Positions 1 to 10,007 of a stretch of 64,000 bases of DNA are shown one piece after another. The first letter of the stretch is position 1. Each line of letters begins with the position of its first letter. The DNA lies in the NCBI GenBank assembly GCA_963816185.1, contig CAWFJJ010000030.1, positions 96,001 through 160,000 on the forward strand. The letters run 5' to 3'. The translations under genes and the position numbers were made by a program. The stretch comes from Thermoanaerobaculia bacterium (lineage in GTDB: Bacteria > Acidobacteriota > Thermoanaerobaculia > UBA5066). Under the pieces are notes generated by a model that searched no databases, was not told where the DNA came from, and saw nothing but the letters and a program-made list of their open reading frames with translations.

Positions 1-2
1 GC

Positions 3-875
3 ATGGAGGTCCTGGAACTGGTGGGCTACACCGAAGAGGAGAAGCTGGGCATCGCCTTCTCCTACCTCATCCCCCGCCAGTTGGAGGCCCACGGCCTGAC
101 CGCCGAGCAGCTGGAGATCGCCCCTGCCGCGGTCCGCCTGGTCATCGCCTCCTACACCCGGGAGGCGGGGCTGCGCAACCTGGAGCGGGAAATCGCCTCC
201 CTCTGCCGGGGCGCCGCCCGGGAGATCGCCGAAGGCCTCAAGACCCAGGTCGCCATCAACGAAGCGGACGTCGCCCAGTACCTGGGGCCGCCCAAGTTCT
301 TCCGGGACGCCGCCCTGGAGCACCCGGAGCCCGGGGTGGCCACCGGTCTGGCCTGGACCCCCAGCGGCGGCGACATCCTCTTCATCGAGGTCCTCAGGAT
401 GCCGGGCAACGGCAGCCTCAAACTCACCGGCCAGTTGGGCGACGTCATGAAGGAGTCGGCCACCGCGGCGCTTTCCTATATCCGGGCCCGGGCCCCGTTT
501 CTGGGCATCGAAGAGGACTTCTTCGATAAAGCCGACCTCCACATCCACGTGCCCGCCGGCTCCATCCCCAAGGACGGGCCCTCCGCCGGCGTGGCCCTGC
601 TCTGCGCCCTGGTGTCGCTGCTGTCGAACCGCCCCATCAAAAAGGGCCTGGCCATGACCGGCGAGATCACCCTGCGGGGCCACGTCCTGCCGGTGGGCGG
701 CATCAAGAACAAGGTCCTGGCCGCGCACCGGGCCGGCATCAAGGAGATCATCCTGCCGGCCCAGAACCAGGTGGACCTGGAGGAGATCCCGCCCTCGGTG
801 CGGGAGGAACTCACCTTCCACCCGGTGGAGCGCCTGGACCAGGCCCTGGAGATCGCCTTCCCGCCCCGGGAATAG
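3..875 (+). CDS. lon: Lon protease (endopeptidase La), C-terminal part; 5'-truncated by window edge
   Basis: YTREAGLRNLERE, GLAWT, LTGQLGDVMKES, HIHVPAGSIPKDGPSAG (catalytic Ser), MTGEITLRGHVLPVGGIKNK (catalytic Lys). Confidence 0.97.
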   Translation: MEVLELVGYTEEEKLGIAFSYLIPRQLEAHGLTAEQLEIAPAAVRLVIASYTREAGLRNLEREIASLCRGAAREIAEGLKTQVAINEADVAQYLGPPKFFRDAALEHPEPGVATGLAWTPSGGDILFIEVLRMPGNGSLKLTGQLGDVMKESATAALSYIRARAPFLGIEEDFFDKADLHIHVPAGSIPKDGPSAGVALLCALVSLLSNRPIKKGLAMTGEITLRGHVLPVGGIKNKVLAAHRAGIKEIILPAQNQVDLEEIPPSVREELTFHPVERLDQALEIAFPPRE

Positions 876-1077
876 ACTGGTGGGGCGGGCGGAGATGTTG
901 CCAGCCCTAGGGGCGACCTGCTGCGTCGCCTGTTGGTAGCGCAGGCTTCCCTCGCCCTGCCGGTTCTGCTTTAAAGGGGGAGAGTGCTTAAGTGTGAGGT
1001 GGGAAGTAATCTCTTTTTCTCCCGCTAATCAATCTCGGTCCTTTCGGTGGGCTGGGGTGGGGGTGGAGTCTTTCCCC

Positions 1078-1636
1078 ATGAACAATTTAAGCTATGCTAT
1101 TCTCGGGGGCCTGCTCCTGGGAATGGTCCTTCTGGCGGTCCCCATCTCCCTGGGATACAATTCCGCCGCCAAGTGGTTCCAGGTAAACTGGCTGGGCCTG
1201 ACCATCACCAGGCGCCTGGGGCGGGAGCAACCGCTAACCGCTGGACGGAAAACCAGCCAAAAACCCGGAAAAATTAAACGCCGGCGCCATCTTGCCGCGC
1301 CTGTGGCGACAGCGGGAACTCGCGACGGCATTAATCACCCGGTTGGGGCGCTTTTTCTGGGAAGTATGTCGGACTCTGAGCTTTCGGGACTCCGAGGCCA
1401 GCTTCTCTCTGCCCGATCCCATGTGGAACGGCGTGCTCTATGGGGTTCTGACTAATATCCGGCTCAAGAATGTCAAATTGTCGGTGAATTTCGAGAACCG
1501 CAATTATGCCAAAATGTGGGTCACGGCCTATCCTTACCGGGTGGCCTGGAAACTGGCGGTCCTGCTGCTCCGGTTGCCCTATCTCCACCTGCTGAGGTTC
1601 GCTTGGGACCTCAAACATCCAGTTAGAGAGGTTTAA
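1078..1636 (+). CDS. YtfI-like (DUF2953-type) membrane protein, split by an apparent frameshift near 1260-1290
   Basis: N-terminal TM segment from ATG 1078 continues in a second frame (…FSLPDPMWNGVLYG…LSVNF); directly upstream of a ytfJ/gerW homologue, the usual pairing. Confidence 0.6.
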
Positions 1637-1640
1637 TGAC

Positions 1641-2045
1641 ATGACCACCGTTGCCACCGAGATTATCGGCAAATTGATGGAGGAACTGCGGACCGTTGCC
1701 AAAACCGAGACCATCATGGGGAAAGAAATCCAGGTGGGGGATGTTACCCTGATCCCGGTTTCCCGAATTTCCCTGGGGATCGGCGCCGGCGGCGGCCAGG
1801 GCAGCGACAACAAAAGAACGGGAGAGGGCGGCGGCGGCGGCGGGGGAGTCATGGTCACTCCCATTGCCTTTATTGCCGTCAAAGCCGGCGAGATCACCTT
1901 CCATGGCCTGAGAAGAGGCGGCTTTTTTGAGGGACTCTTTGGGCAAATGGCGGAATTGACCGAGAAAATTCTGGCTAAGGTGCAGGAACCTGAGACCAAG
2001 CAAGCAGAACCTGAGGCAAAAAAAGCCGAACCCGAGGCCGGTTAA
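1641..2045 (+). CDS. GerW/YtfJ family protein
   Basis: TETIMGKEIQVGDVTLIPVSRISLGIGAGGG…GGGGGGGVMVTPIAFIAV signature; GAGGT RBS. Confidence 0.9.
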   Translation: MTTVATEIIGKLMEELRTVAKTETIMGKEIQVGDVTLIPVSRISLGIGAGGGQGSDNKRTGEGGGGGGGVMVTPIAFIAVKAGEITFHGLRRGGFFEGLFGQMAELTEKILAKVQEPETKQAEPEAKKAEPEAG

Positions 2046-2059
2046 TTCTGACACTTAGG

Positions 2060-3620
2060 AAAAATGGTGGGGCGGGGCAAAATGGTGGGGCGGGCGTCCC
2101 CGCCCGCCGGTCCACGTAGCCGCAGGCTTTAGCCTGCGTCTTTTTTGATCGGTCAGCCCCTGGCTGCCATAAAATTCTCTATTCTGGTGGCACCGGCGTC
2201 TCGCCTGTGTTCCGGATGTCTAGGCCGTGGGCCTGAATTTAATCTACGGTGCGTCCCACGCCCGACGACTTTTCGAACCTTGACCTTGACCTTAAACTTT
2301 AACCTTGAACTTTGAACTATCTCTTTAATCGGAGGAAAATCCATGGCCACCTTTACCTGTGAAAAATGCGGCAGCAACGTCGAAACCCGCTGCAAACCCA
2401 AGAAGTGCACCGCCTGCGGCGAATCCGGCACCATGTGCAAAGAGGTAACCGCCCCCCCTCCCCAGAAGGACAAGAAATAGCCGAATCCGCATAGTGGCGC
2501 CGGCGTCTCGCCGGCGCCCCCAGGCAGCCCGGGCCTTCCAGCCTGTGCAGGTTTACCTTTTTATGGCTCCTTCGGCCCAGGCGCAAATTATGCAAAAGCT
2601 CTGGTGGGGCGGGCCTCCGGGCCCGCCCTGTAGGGTGCGTCCCACGCACCCTCAACCACAACTTTATTGCTTTAACCCTCTCTCCACCCCTGATGCGGGA
2701 GAGGCCTGGGGTAAGTGAGGCGTAGGGGTACCGCTTGCTATGTCCTGACGCACAGAAGCAAGGCGCTCCCCTAGGTATTATCATTTAGTGGCACCGGCCT
2801 CCGGCCGGTGATTGACCCTGGCCAGAAGCCGCTGCCGCAAAATCTAGGGTGGGCACTGCCCACCTTATTCCCTAAGAACAGTTTTCTAGGCCGGGCCGCG
2901 CCCATCCCTTCCTGGCGGCCCCGGCCTGTCTTATCCCCGGACGGTGGCCCGGCGTCTCGACCAGGGGCTTCGGTAGCGCCGGCCTCCGGCTTTTGATTGA
3001 CCTCGGCTGCAAGCCTGTTTCACCATATATCAATATGACCCCGGAAAGAGTCCCTGCTTTATCCCCTCTCCCCCAATGGGGAGAGGGTTAGGGTGAGGGG
3101 GAAGTAATCTCTTTCCCGCTCCGCTTAAGCATCAACAGAGCCGCCTATAGGGCGGGCCGTGCCCGCCGCTTCCCGCCTGCGCACCCTGGTAGCCCAGGCT
3201 TTCCAGCCTCTGCCTGCTGCCGGCTGCGCCCTGCGCTCCATGAATCAGCCTAATTCCTCTCCACTGGCGCCGGCCTCCGGCCGCTGATGATTTTAGCCCC
3301 AATCCGGCAGCCGGTGCCGCCAGAAATTAATCAAAGCCGGAAAACAGCCCCATCCTTCACTCCCTCCCCCTTAGCGGGAGGAGGGCCGGGGTGGGGGTGA
3401 GTGGCTTTACTTTGTCGCCCGGACTCATCACCGCCGCCACCGGCTCTTCCACATTTCCTTCCTTTCTCCGCCAAGTTATGGCATCATTAGCCATAATCTT
3501 TCCATATCTTAGGTCAAAATGCTGGGATACGGAGGTTTTAAGTCCCCCTTTCCTAAAGGGGGATTTAGGGGGATTATCAAGCGGTTATTTAATCTCACCT
3601 GCCACCCTTTAGCCAAGGCG
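2060..3620. repeat. Dense cluster of REP-like palindromes (GTAG/GTGG-led hairpins, CCCCTCTCC…GGAGAGGG and CCCCCTTT…AAAGGGGG types)
   Basis: e.g. ggtggcaccggcgtctcgcctgtg (~2185), gtggcgccggcgtctcgccggcgc (2494), gtggcaccggcctccggccggtg (~2788), ccctctcccccaatggggagaggg (~3064), ccccctttcctaaaggggg (~3545). Confidence 0.75.
2343..2480 (+). CDS. Small RCKP-type rubredoxin-like metal-binding protein (45 aa), not in ORF track
   Basis: MATFTCEKCGSNVETRCKPKKCTACGESGTMCKEVTAPPPQKDKK*; CxxC…RCKP..CxxC; GGAGG RBS upstream. Confidence 0.85.
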   Translation: MATFTCEKCGSNVETRCKPKKCTACGESGTMCKEVTAPPPQKDKK

Positions 3621-3745
3621 TGATTCTTTCCAAGCTTAAAACCCCTTGGATAGATTCAAGCTGACGTCGAAAATCGGTTTTGCCATGACTTCTAAAGACT
3701 TCTTTTGCCTTTTAACTAGAAATCAGCAAACTGAAAACCGCCCTT

Positions 3746-4130
3746 ATGATTTACGGCATCGGAGTCGATCTGGTCAAGGTAGCCCGCCTCGCCGCCGCCA
3801 TCGAGCGCCACGGCGAGCGCTTCCTGAACCGCGTCTTCACCCCCCGGGAAATCGCCTATTGCCAGCGCCAGACCCGCGGCCGCGACTCCGCCTTCGCCCT
3901 GCGCTTCGCCGCCAAAGAGGCCTTCTCCAAGGCCCTGGGCGTCGGCCTGCGCCAAAACGGCATCCGCTGGCGGGAGGTGGAGGTAGTCCCCAACCCCCTG
4001 GGCAAACCCGAACTTCCGGTCACCGGCCGCGCCGCCGACCTCTGCGCCGCACGCCGGCATCACCCACATGCACCTCTCCCTCACCGACGAAAACGACCAG
4101 GCCCTGGCCGTAGTGATTTTGGAGAAGTAA
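3746..4130 (+). CDS. acpS: Holo-[acyl-carrier-protein] synthase (frameshift near 4050)
   Basis: MIYGIGVDLV…RVFTPRE…RFAAKEAFSKALGVG…GKP; C-terminal HMHLSLTDENDQALAVVILEK* lies in another frame. Confidence 0.93.
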
Positions 4131-5498
4131 TGTCTGAAGATACCCCCACCTGCCAAATCCATAAGAAATATGACTGGATTGAATGTGCCAATCCCGCCCT
4201 GCCCGGGGACCCCGAAGGCTTCTGCATCCTCCATTCCCAGGATAAGGAAAAAGACCCAGCAGCCTTTCGGGAAGCGCTGCTGTGCCCGGTGGAACCAGGA
4301 AGACCGGAATATTATGATTTTCGCGGTGTCTTTTTCCCGGTCACTTTTGACCCTCAAGATTTTTCGGAATCCCGGAAATTTACAAAAGCCGTAAATTTTT
4401 CCTAGGCCACCTTTACGAGAATGCCGATTTTTCGAGGCCACCTTTAAAGAGAGGCCGATTTTTTCGAGGCCACCTTTACGAGAGATGGCCTGATTTTTCC
4501 AGGGCCACTTTTACTGAAGGAGGCCAATTTTTCCGGATGCCACCTTTACGAGGATGGCCGATTTTTCGAGGCCACCTTTACGAAGGAGGCCGATTTTTCC
4601 GAGGCCACCTTTCATGGAGAGGCCGATTTTTCATGAAGCCACTTTTACGGAGGATAGCCGATTTTTACCGAGGCCACCTTTATGAAGGATGCGAATTTTT
4701 CCGAGGCCAGAATTCGAGGGCTGGTCGTCTTTCAGAGCCTCAATCCGCCAAGGAGAGGAGAACCGCCGCCCGCTTTTCAGGGTGATTTCAAGTATTTGGA
4801 ATTAAGCCCGGAGGCGGTGCTGCGCTTTCAGGACCTGTCCCTGGCTCAGGTGCAATTTACAGGCACCGATTTGCGCCGGGTGGAATTTCACCACGTGCAG
4901 TGGCATCCTTACCGGGGCCGCCAGGCCGTTTATGATGAGGTATTATTAAGGCAAGAAGAAAAGCAAAATCCCTGGTTCTGGACCTGGCTCTTATACGCTG
5001 AGCCCCATGCTGATCCTCCTTCCTCCTGGACAGATAAATATGGCGAAGTGGAGCGCCTCTATCGCGAACTCCAGGAAAATTATGAAAAGGCCAGGAGACT
5101 ACAAGAAGATGGGGGACTTCCACTACGGCGAAATGGAGATGCACCGCCGGGCCAACAAATGGCGCTGGTTTCCCTTCTACTGGTATAATCTCTACTGGGC
5201 CTTGAGCGGCTACGGCGAGCGCCCTTCCCGGGCCTTTATCTGGCTGGCCGCCTTTCTGGCGGTCTTTACGGGCTTGCTGGCCTGGGCCGGCCTGGAAATC
5301 CTGGACCCCAAACATAGCGCCAGTTTCGGCAATCCCTTCTTTTATCTCTTGCAAAAGGTCACCCTCCAGCGCCCCACCTGGGCCGAACCGCTGGGCTTTG
5401 GGGGCAAGCTGGTGGCCGGCCTCAGCGTCCTGCTCATCCCCGGCCAGGCGGCCCTCTTTCTCCTGGCCCTGCGCAACCGCCTGGGCCGCCGCCGCTAA
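4130..5498 (+). CDS. Pentapeptide-repeat protein with C-terminal membrane domain; multiple frameshifts
   Basis: ATG overlaps the acpS stop; N-term C…CILHS; EATF/ADF pentapeptide array; C-term GDFHYGEMEMHR…YWALSGYGERPSRAFIW plus TM helices. Confidence 0.75.
4393..4710 (+). repeat. About 30-bp degenerate tandem repeat encoding pentapeptide units
   Basis: Recurrent gaggccacctttacg…gccgatttttc, about 10 copies. Confidence 0.85.
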
Positions 5499-6061
5499 AG
5501 CTCGCTCAATCCCCCCTCCCCATGGTGGGAGGGGGCTAGGGGAGGGGGCGTAGGGGCGGACCCAGGTGTCCAGCCCTGATTCTGGCCGCACCCGCTAACC
5601 AGGCGGCCCTGCCACCTTTTCCCTTGGCGTCTTTTGCGCCTTGGCGCCTTTGCGTGAGCTATCTTATTTTTTCGCCCTCGACACCCAAATGCGGGTCAAC
5701 TGTCCATACCCTTCTGGAAATTTCCCTCACCTATAATAAGGTTATCCTTAATATGGAAAATATGAAATTAACCGCTCCCCCACCGCTCCACCCGGCCGCC
5801 AAGCGGCACAATAGCGGTACAACCGCGGCATTTCACCGCTGCCGGAACGGTAAACCAGCGCCTCACCAGCGGCATAAAGTTAGTACAATAAGGTACTTAT
5901 CCGAACCAAATTGCGGTAATTTTAAAACTGCCGGAACAATATTGACCGCTGGAGGCTCTAAAAGGTGCACTGAAGACGTGCAAATTCCAGCTCCCGGAAC
6001 GCCTATCCTATTGATTTTCCTGGCGATCTCTATGTGTGCACCTTAGCAAGTTGGTATCTTA

Positions 6062-6396
6062 ATGAAATCAATGGATAATCCGGACCAAAGACTGATCGTC
6101 TACGGCACCCTGGTGCCCGGAGGCCTGTATCATTATCTGCTGGCGGACCTGCCGGGCACCTGGGAGCCGTGCCTCATCCGCGGCCATATGGGCGAATATT
6201 GGGGCTTCAAGGCCTTTCACTACGACGAGCACGGCCCGGAGCACCCGGCCTGGCTCTTCACTTCCCCGGCCCTGCCCCAAAAATTCCCGGACCTGGACGC
6301 CTTCGAAGGCGAGGGCTACCGCCGCCTCATCATCCCGGCCCGTGTAGGTCTTCGCCGGGTCCGGGCCAATATTTATGAGCCCGGGAACGCACCTGA
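6062..6396 (+). CDS. Gamma-glutamylcyclotransferase family protein (probable 3' frameshift; ORF track runs on to 6592)
   Basis: LIVYGTLVPG…LDAFEGEGYRR…ANIYE motifs. Confidence 0.8.
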
Positions 6397-6464
6397 AAGA
6401 ACTGGGCGAATTGACTTGTTATTTCCTGGCCGCAACCTATCTTTGGAGAAAAGGAGGAATGGCC

Positions 6465-6965
6465 ATGAAAAAAACCTGGATAGGAATCGCGCTCGTGCTG
6501 GCGGCGAGCCTGGCCTGGCCGCCGCGGCCCTGGCCCAGCAGCGCGCCGCCCACCACCTCCGGCGGCTCGGGCATGGCCCTGCTCAATCTTGAAAACACCG
6601 TGGCCCTGCACGGCTACGACCCGGTCTCCTATTTTGAGCGGGAGCAGCCCAGGCAGGGCAACAAGAGAATCCTGGAAAGGGTAGGGGGGGCCACCTACTA
6701 CTTTGCCTCCCGGGCCAGCCGCTATACCTTCCTGGGGAACGCCCCGGCGTATCAGCCCCAGTTCGGCGGCTACTGCGCCACCTCCATGGCCCAGGGCCGG
6801 CTGGAGGATATCGATCCCGAAATCTTTACCATCTTTGACAACAAGCTTTATCTCTTCAAAGACGACGCGGCCCGGGCCCGGTTTCTGAGCGATCCGAGAG
6901 GGACCATTGCCGCCGCGGCGCACAACTACTTCGAGAAGGCCCAGAGCCAGCGGAGATATTATTAG
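6465..6965 (+). CDS. Exported YHS-domain protein (Cys form)
   Basis: Signal peptide; ALHGYDPVSYF, YYFAS, YQPQFGGYCA, KLYLF; AGGAGG RBS. Confidence 0.88.
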   Translation: MKKTWIGIALVLAASLAWPPRPWPSSAPPTTSGGSGMALLNLENTVALHGYDPVSYFEREQPRQGNKRILERVGGATYYFASRASRYTFLGNAPAYQPQFGGYCATSMAQGRLEDIDPEIFTIFDNKLYLFKDDAARARFLSDPRGTIAAAAHNYFEKAQSQRRYY

Positions 6966-6966
6966 G

Positions 6967-8110
6967 ATGGCGGCTGCCACGGGCCGCCCCAACCCTGGCT
7001 CGGTCGCGGCGCTGGCCTTCATCCGACTGTTATGCTGTTTAATGGTAATGTTAATTCCCCGCCGGAGCCGGGGCTGAGGAGGCCTTTCAAAAGCCGCAGC
7101 CGGGCCGCGTCTGGCAGTTCCCCGCCGACCACGGCTCCCACCCGGAGTACAAAACCGAGTGGTGGTATTGGGTGGGGCATCTCAAGTCCGCGGCAGGCGA
7201 GACCTTCGGCTACCAGCTCACCTTCTTCCGGGTGGCCTTGCGCCAACCGGACCCCCAGGCCCGTTCGGCCTGGCGCCTGAACACCGTCTATTTCGCCCAC
7301 CTGGCCGTCTCCGATCCGGCCCGAGGCCGCTTTCACTTCCGGGAAAAGGCGGGCCGGGGCGCCCTGGGGCTTTCCGGCGCGGAAGCCGGCCACCTCCGGG
7401 TCTGGATCGACGACTGGCAGGCGGAGCAGGTGGGGGAGGCCATGCACCTCCAAGCCCGGGACGAGGGCCTGGGGCTGGACTTGACCCTAACGCCCCTTAA
7501 ACCCCCGGCCTTGCACGGCGAAGGCGGCTTCAGCCGCAAGTCGGCCAAATCTGAGGCGGCCAGTTACTACTATTCCATCACCCGTCTGGATACCAAAGGT
7601 CATCTGACCCTGAATGGCCGCACCTTGGAGGTCAACGGCGCCAGCTGGATGGACCACGAGTTTTTCAGCCGCGCCATGGCCCCCGGCTTGGTGGGCTGGG
7701 ACTGGTTCGCCCTGCAACTGGACGACGGCCGGGAGGTGATGCTCTATCTCCTGCGGCATCAAGACGGCAGCCTGGACCCGGCCTCCTCCGGCACCCTGGT
7801 GGATGCTGCCGGGAAAACGCGGCATCTAAAGTTAAGCGATTTTCAGGTAAAGACCACCGGCGTCTGGAAGTCGCCCCATTCCAAGGCGGTGTATCCGGCG
7901 GGCTGGCAGATTAACCTTCCCGGGGCTGGTCTCAGTCTCACCCTGGCCCCCACCCTGGCCGACCAGGAGGTCCGGGCCGGCGCCCCGGCAAAGGTGAGCT
8001 ACTGGGAAGGGCAGGTAAAAATCCAGGGCCAGCAAGAGGGCAGCCCCATCAGCGGCTGGGGCTACGTGGAACTCACCGGATATGCGGGCGCCATGGGAGG
8101 AAGGTTTTAA
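6967..8110 (+). CDS. AttH/CrtC-like lipocalin-domain secreted protein (frameshifted at 5' end)
   Basis: FPADHGSHPEYKTEWWY, GYQLTFFR, SYYYSITR, WMDHEF, GWDWFALQL, YWEG, GYVELTGY. Confidence 0.88.
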
Positions 8111-8192
8111 GAACTGGACTTAAGAAAAAAAGGGGGCAGCCGCGGCCGGCCCCCCCTTATATTCTATATATAAAATCCCTTTTAATCGGGCG

Positions 8193-9561
8193 TTAGCGCG
8201 TCAGCCAGCGGTCGTTGCGCACCGTCAGAAAGGCCCAGGGCTGGATCCAGTTGAGGAAGAAGAAGGCGAAGTAGGAGTAGAGGATGCCGTAGATGAACTC
8301 CAGGTCCCGCTCCTGGTGAATGTAGTAGTACATCCACACCAGGGTGAAGACCCCCAGGCCGGCAAAGAATTTCACCATGACGATGGGGTAGATGACAAAG
8401 GAAACCAGCAGCATCCCCAGAAAGAGGTAGGTCAGGGGAAACTCGATCTGGGTCATGAAGAAGTCGAGGATGGGCAGCAGCCAATGTCTTTTGCCGGTAG
8501 TTGCCGAAGATGAACTTCACCTGAACCCAGTTTTCCCGGAAGTTGCTGCGATCCCAGCGCAGGTACATGCGCACCAGGCCCCGGTAGGTTTCCGGCACCT
8601 TGGTGTAGACCAGGGCGCTGCGCTGGTAGACGGTGTAGAATCCCTGCCGCAGCACCAGATTGGTGAGGGCCCGGTCTTCGCCGATGTTGGCGGGCAGGCC
8701 CATGAAGGTCTGTTGGCGCCATTCTTCCAGAATGGGTTTGACGGCGCTGCCCCGATAGGCGGACAGGGCGCCCGGGGTGCAGGTGACGAAGCCGTACATG
8801 CTTTGTGAGGCCCGCAAAAAATCGAAGGCCAGGACGAAACGCACCGCCAGCATCCGGGCCATGAGGCAGCGGCCCCGGTTGAAGACCTTGACGTTGCCGG
8901 CCACCGCGCCCACCCGGGAGTCCTGGAGCATGGGGGCGATGACCTGGCGTACCGTGTCCGGTTTGATGATGCTGTCGGAGTCGATGGTGACGAAGAACTC
9001 ACCCTTGCCCTGGGTAAAGCCGGTATAGAGGCCCTCTTTCTTGCCCCGGTTTTTGGGGAAGCGGATGGCCTTGATGAGTTTGGGATAACGCTTCTGAGCC
9101 CGTTCGATGTAAGTCCAGGTGTCGTCCTTGGAGCCGTCATCGATGCAGATAATCTCCAGCCGATCGGCCGGATAGTCGGAGGCGGCCGCGGCGTAAATGG
9201 ACTTTTCCACCATGGCCCCTTCGTTGTAGGCCGGGATAATGACCGTCACCCGGGGCAGGTGCCCTTGGGGCAACGCATAAGGTTTATAGCGCCACCAGAG
9301 GACGGTGCGGACCAACTGGAAACCCAGGTAGGCCAGGGTAAAGCCGGCCCCCAGGCCCATCAGGGGCGAGCCGAAGCTCTTGCTGCTCAGCAGTTGGAGA
9401 TAGCCGTTGAACGAGCCGACCTTAAAGGCCACGACGAAGCAGACCGACAAGATCAAAGGGACCAGGATCTTGAGGACCAGGTCCAGAACCTGGATCCGCT
9501 GCTCTTCTTTGGACCGCCATTTGCCCTGGGGCCAGGGAAAGGCGAAAGTGGTGGTGCGCAT
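8193..9561 (-). CDS. Processive GT2 glycosyltransferase (hyaluronan/chitin synthase-like), frameshift near 8480
   Basis: IPAYNE, IDDGSKD, GKKEG, TIDSDS, PGALSAYR, GEDRALT, MYLRWDRS (QxxRW variant); C-terminal TMs ending WLTR in the 8193-8456 frame. Confidence 0.9.
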
Positions 9562-9609
9562 ATAGCGAAAACCTCAGTATGGACAATTAGATTCTATCGG
9601 ATAGCTATT

Positions 9610-9627
9610 ATGCAAATGACTTGCCAA
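9610..9627 (-). promoter_or_regulatory. Sigma-54 (-24/-12) promoter candidate for the GT2 gene
   Basis: Minus strand TTGGCAAGTCATTTGCAT: GG-N10-GC spacing, ~50 nt upstream of the ATG, followed upstream by long AT-rich DNA. Confidence 0.65.
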
Positions 9628-10007
9628 TAAAAAGCGAATAATTAACTCACTGGAATAACGATTGAATTGGTTGAGACAATTTTGTTCCAAGTTTTTGACC
9701 TGCCGATATTTCTCTACTTGAGAGAACGACCGGGAAGCATGATAAATTTTTCTCAAATTGATAATGGAACCAGCCGCGAACCGAAAAAGCTCCCGGCAAC
9801 CGCCTAAAACCCCCGGAGCCCGGGAGGGTAGGGGTAAAATTATTTTGCCGTGACGAAAATCCGGACAAAAATGAGCATTTTCTGCAGACAATAAAAGGTG
9901 CGGTTCACTTCTCAACTATCTTATGGTAAAAAGGTTTGGGAATATGGTTAGCTTATTGGATCAATCGCTGGGGCAGCGTCCCGCATTTTAAGAGATTAGG
10001 TAAACCT

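Noticed and set aside
1641-2045. GerW/YtfJ as evidence for sporulation
   Set aside because: The family is widespread in non-sporulating prokaryotes; no other sporulation genes are present
4393-4710. Possible CRISPR array or DGR repeat
   Set aside because: Units are adjacent, degenerate and code for pentapeptides; no unique spacers, cas or RT gene
6465-6965. YHS protein as a second selenoprotein
   Set aside because: The GGYC position is TGC and there is no in-frame TGA
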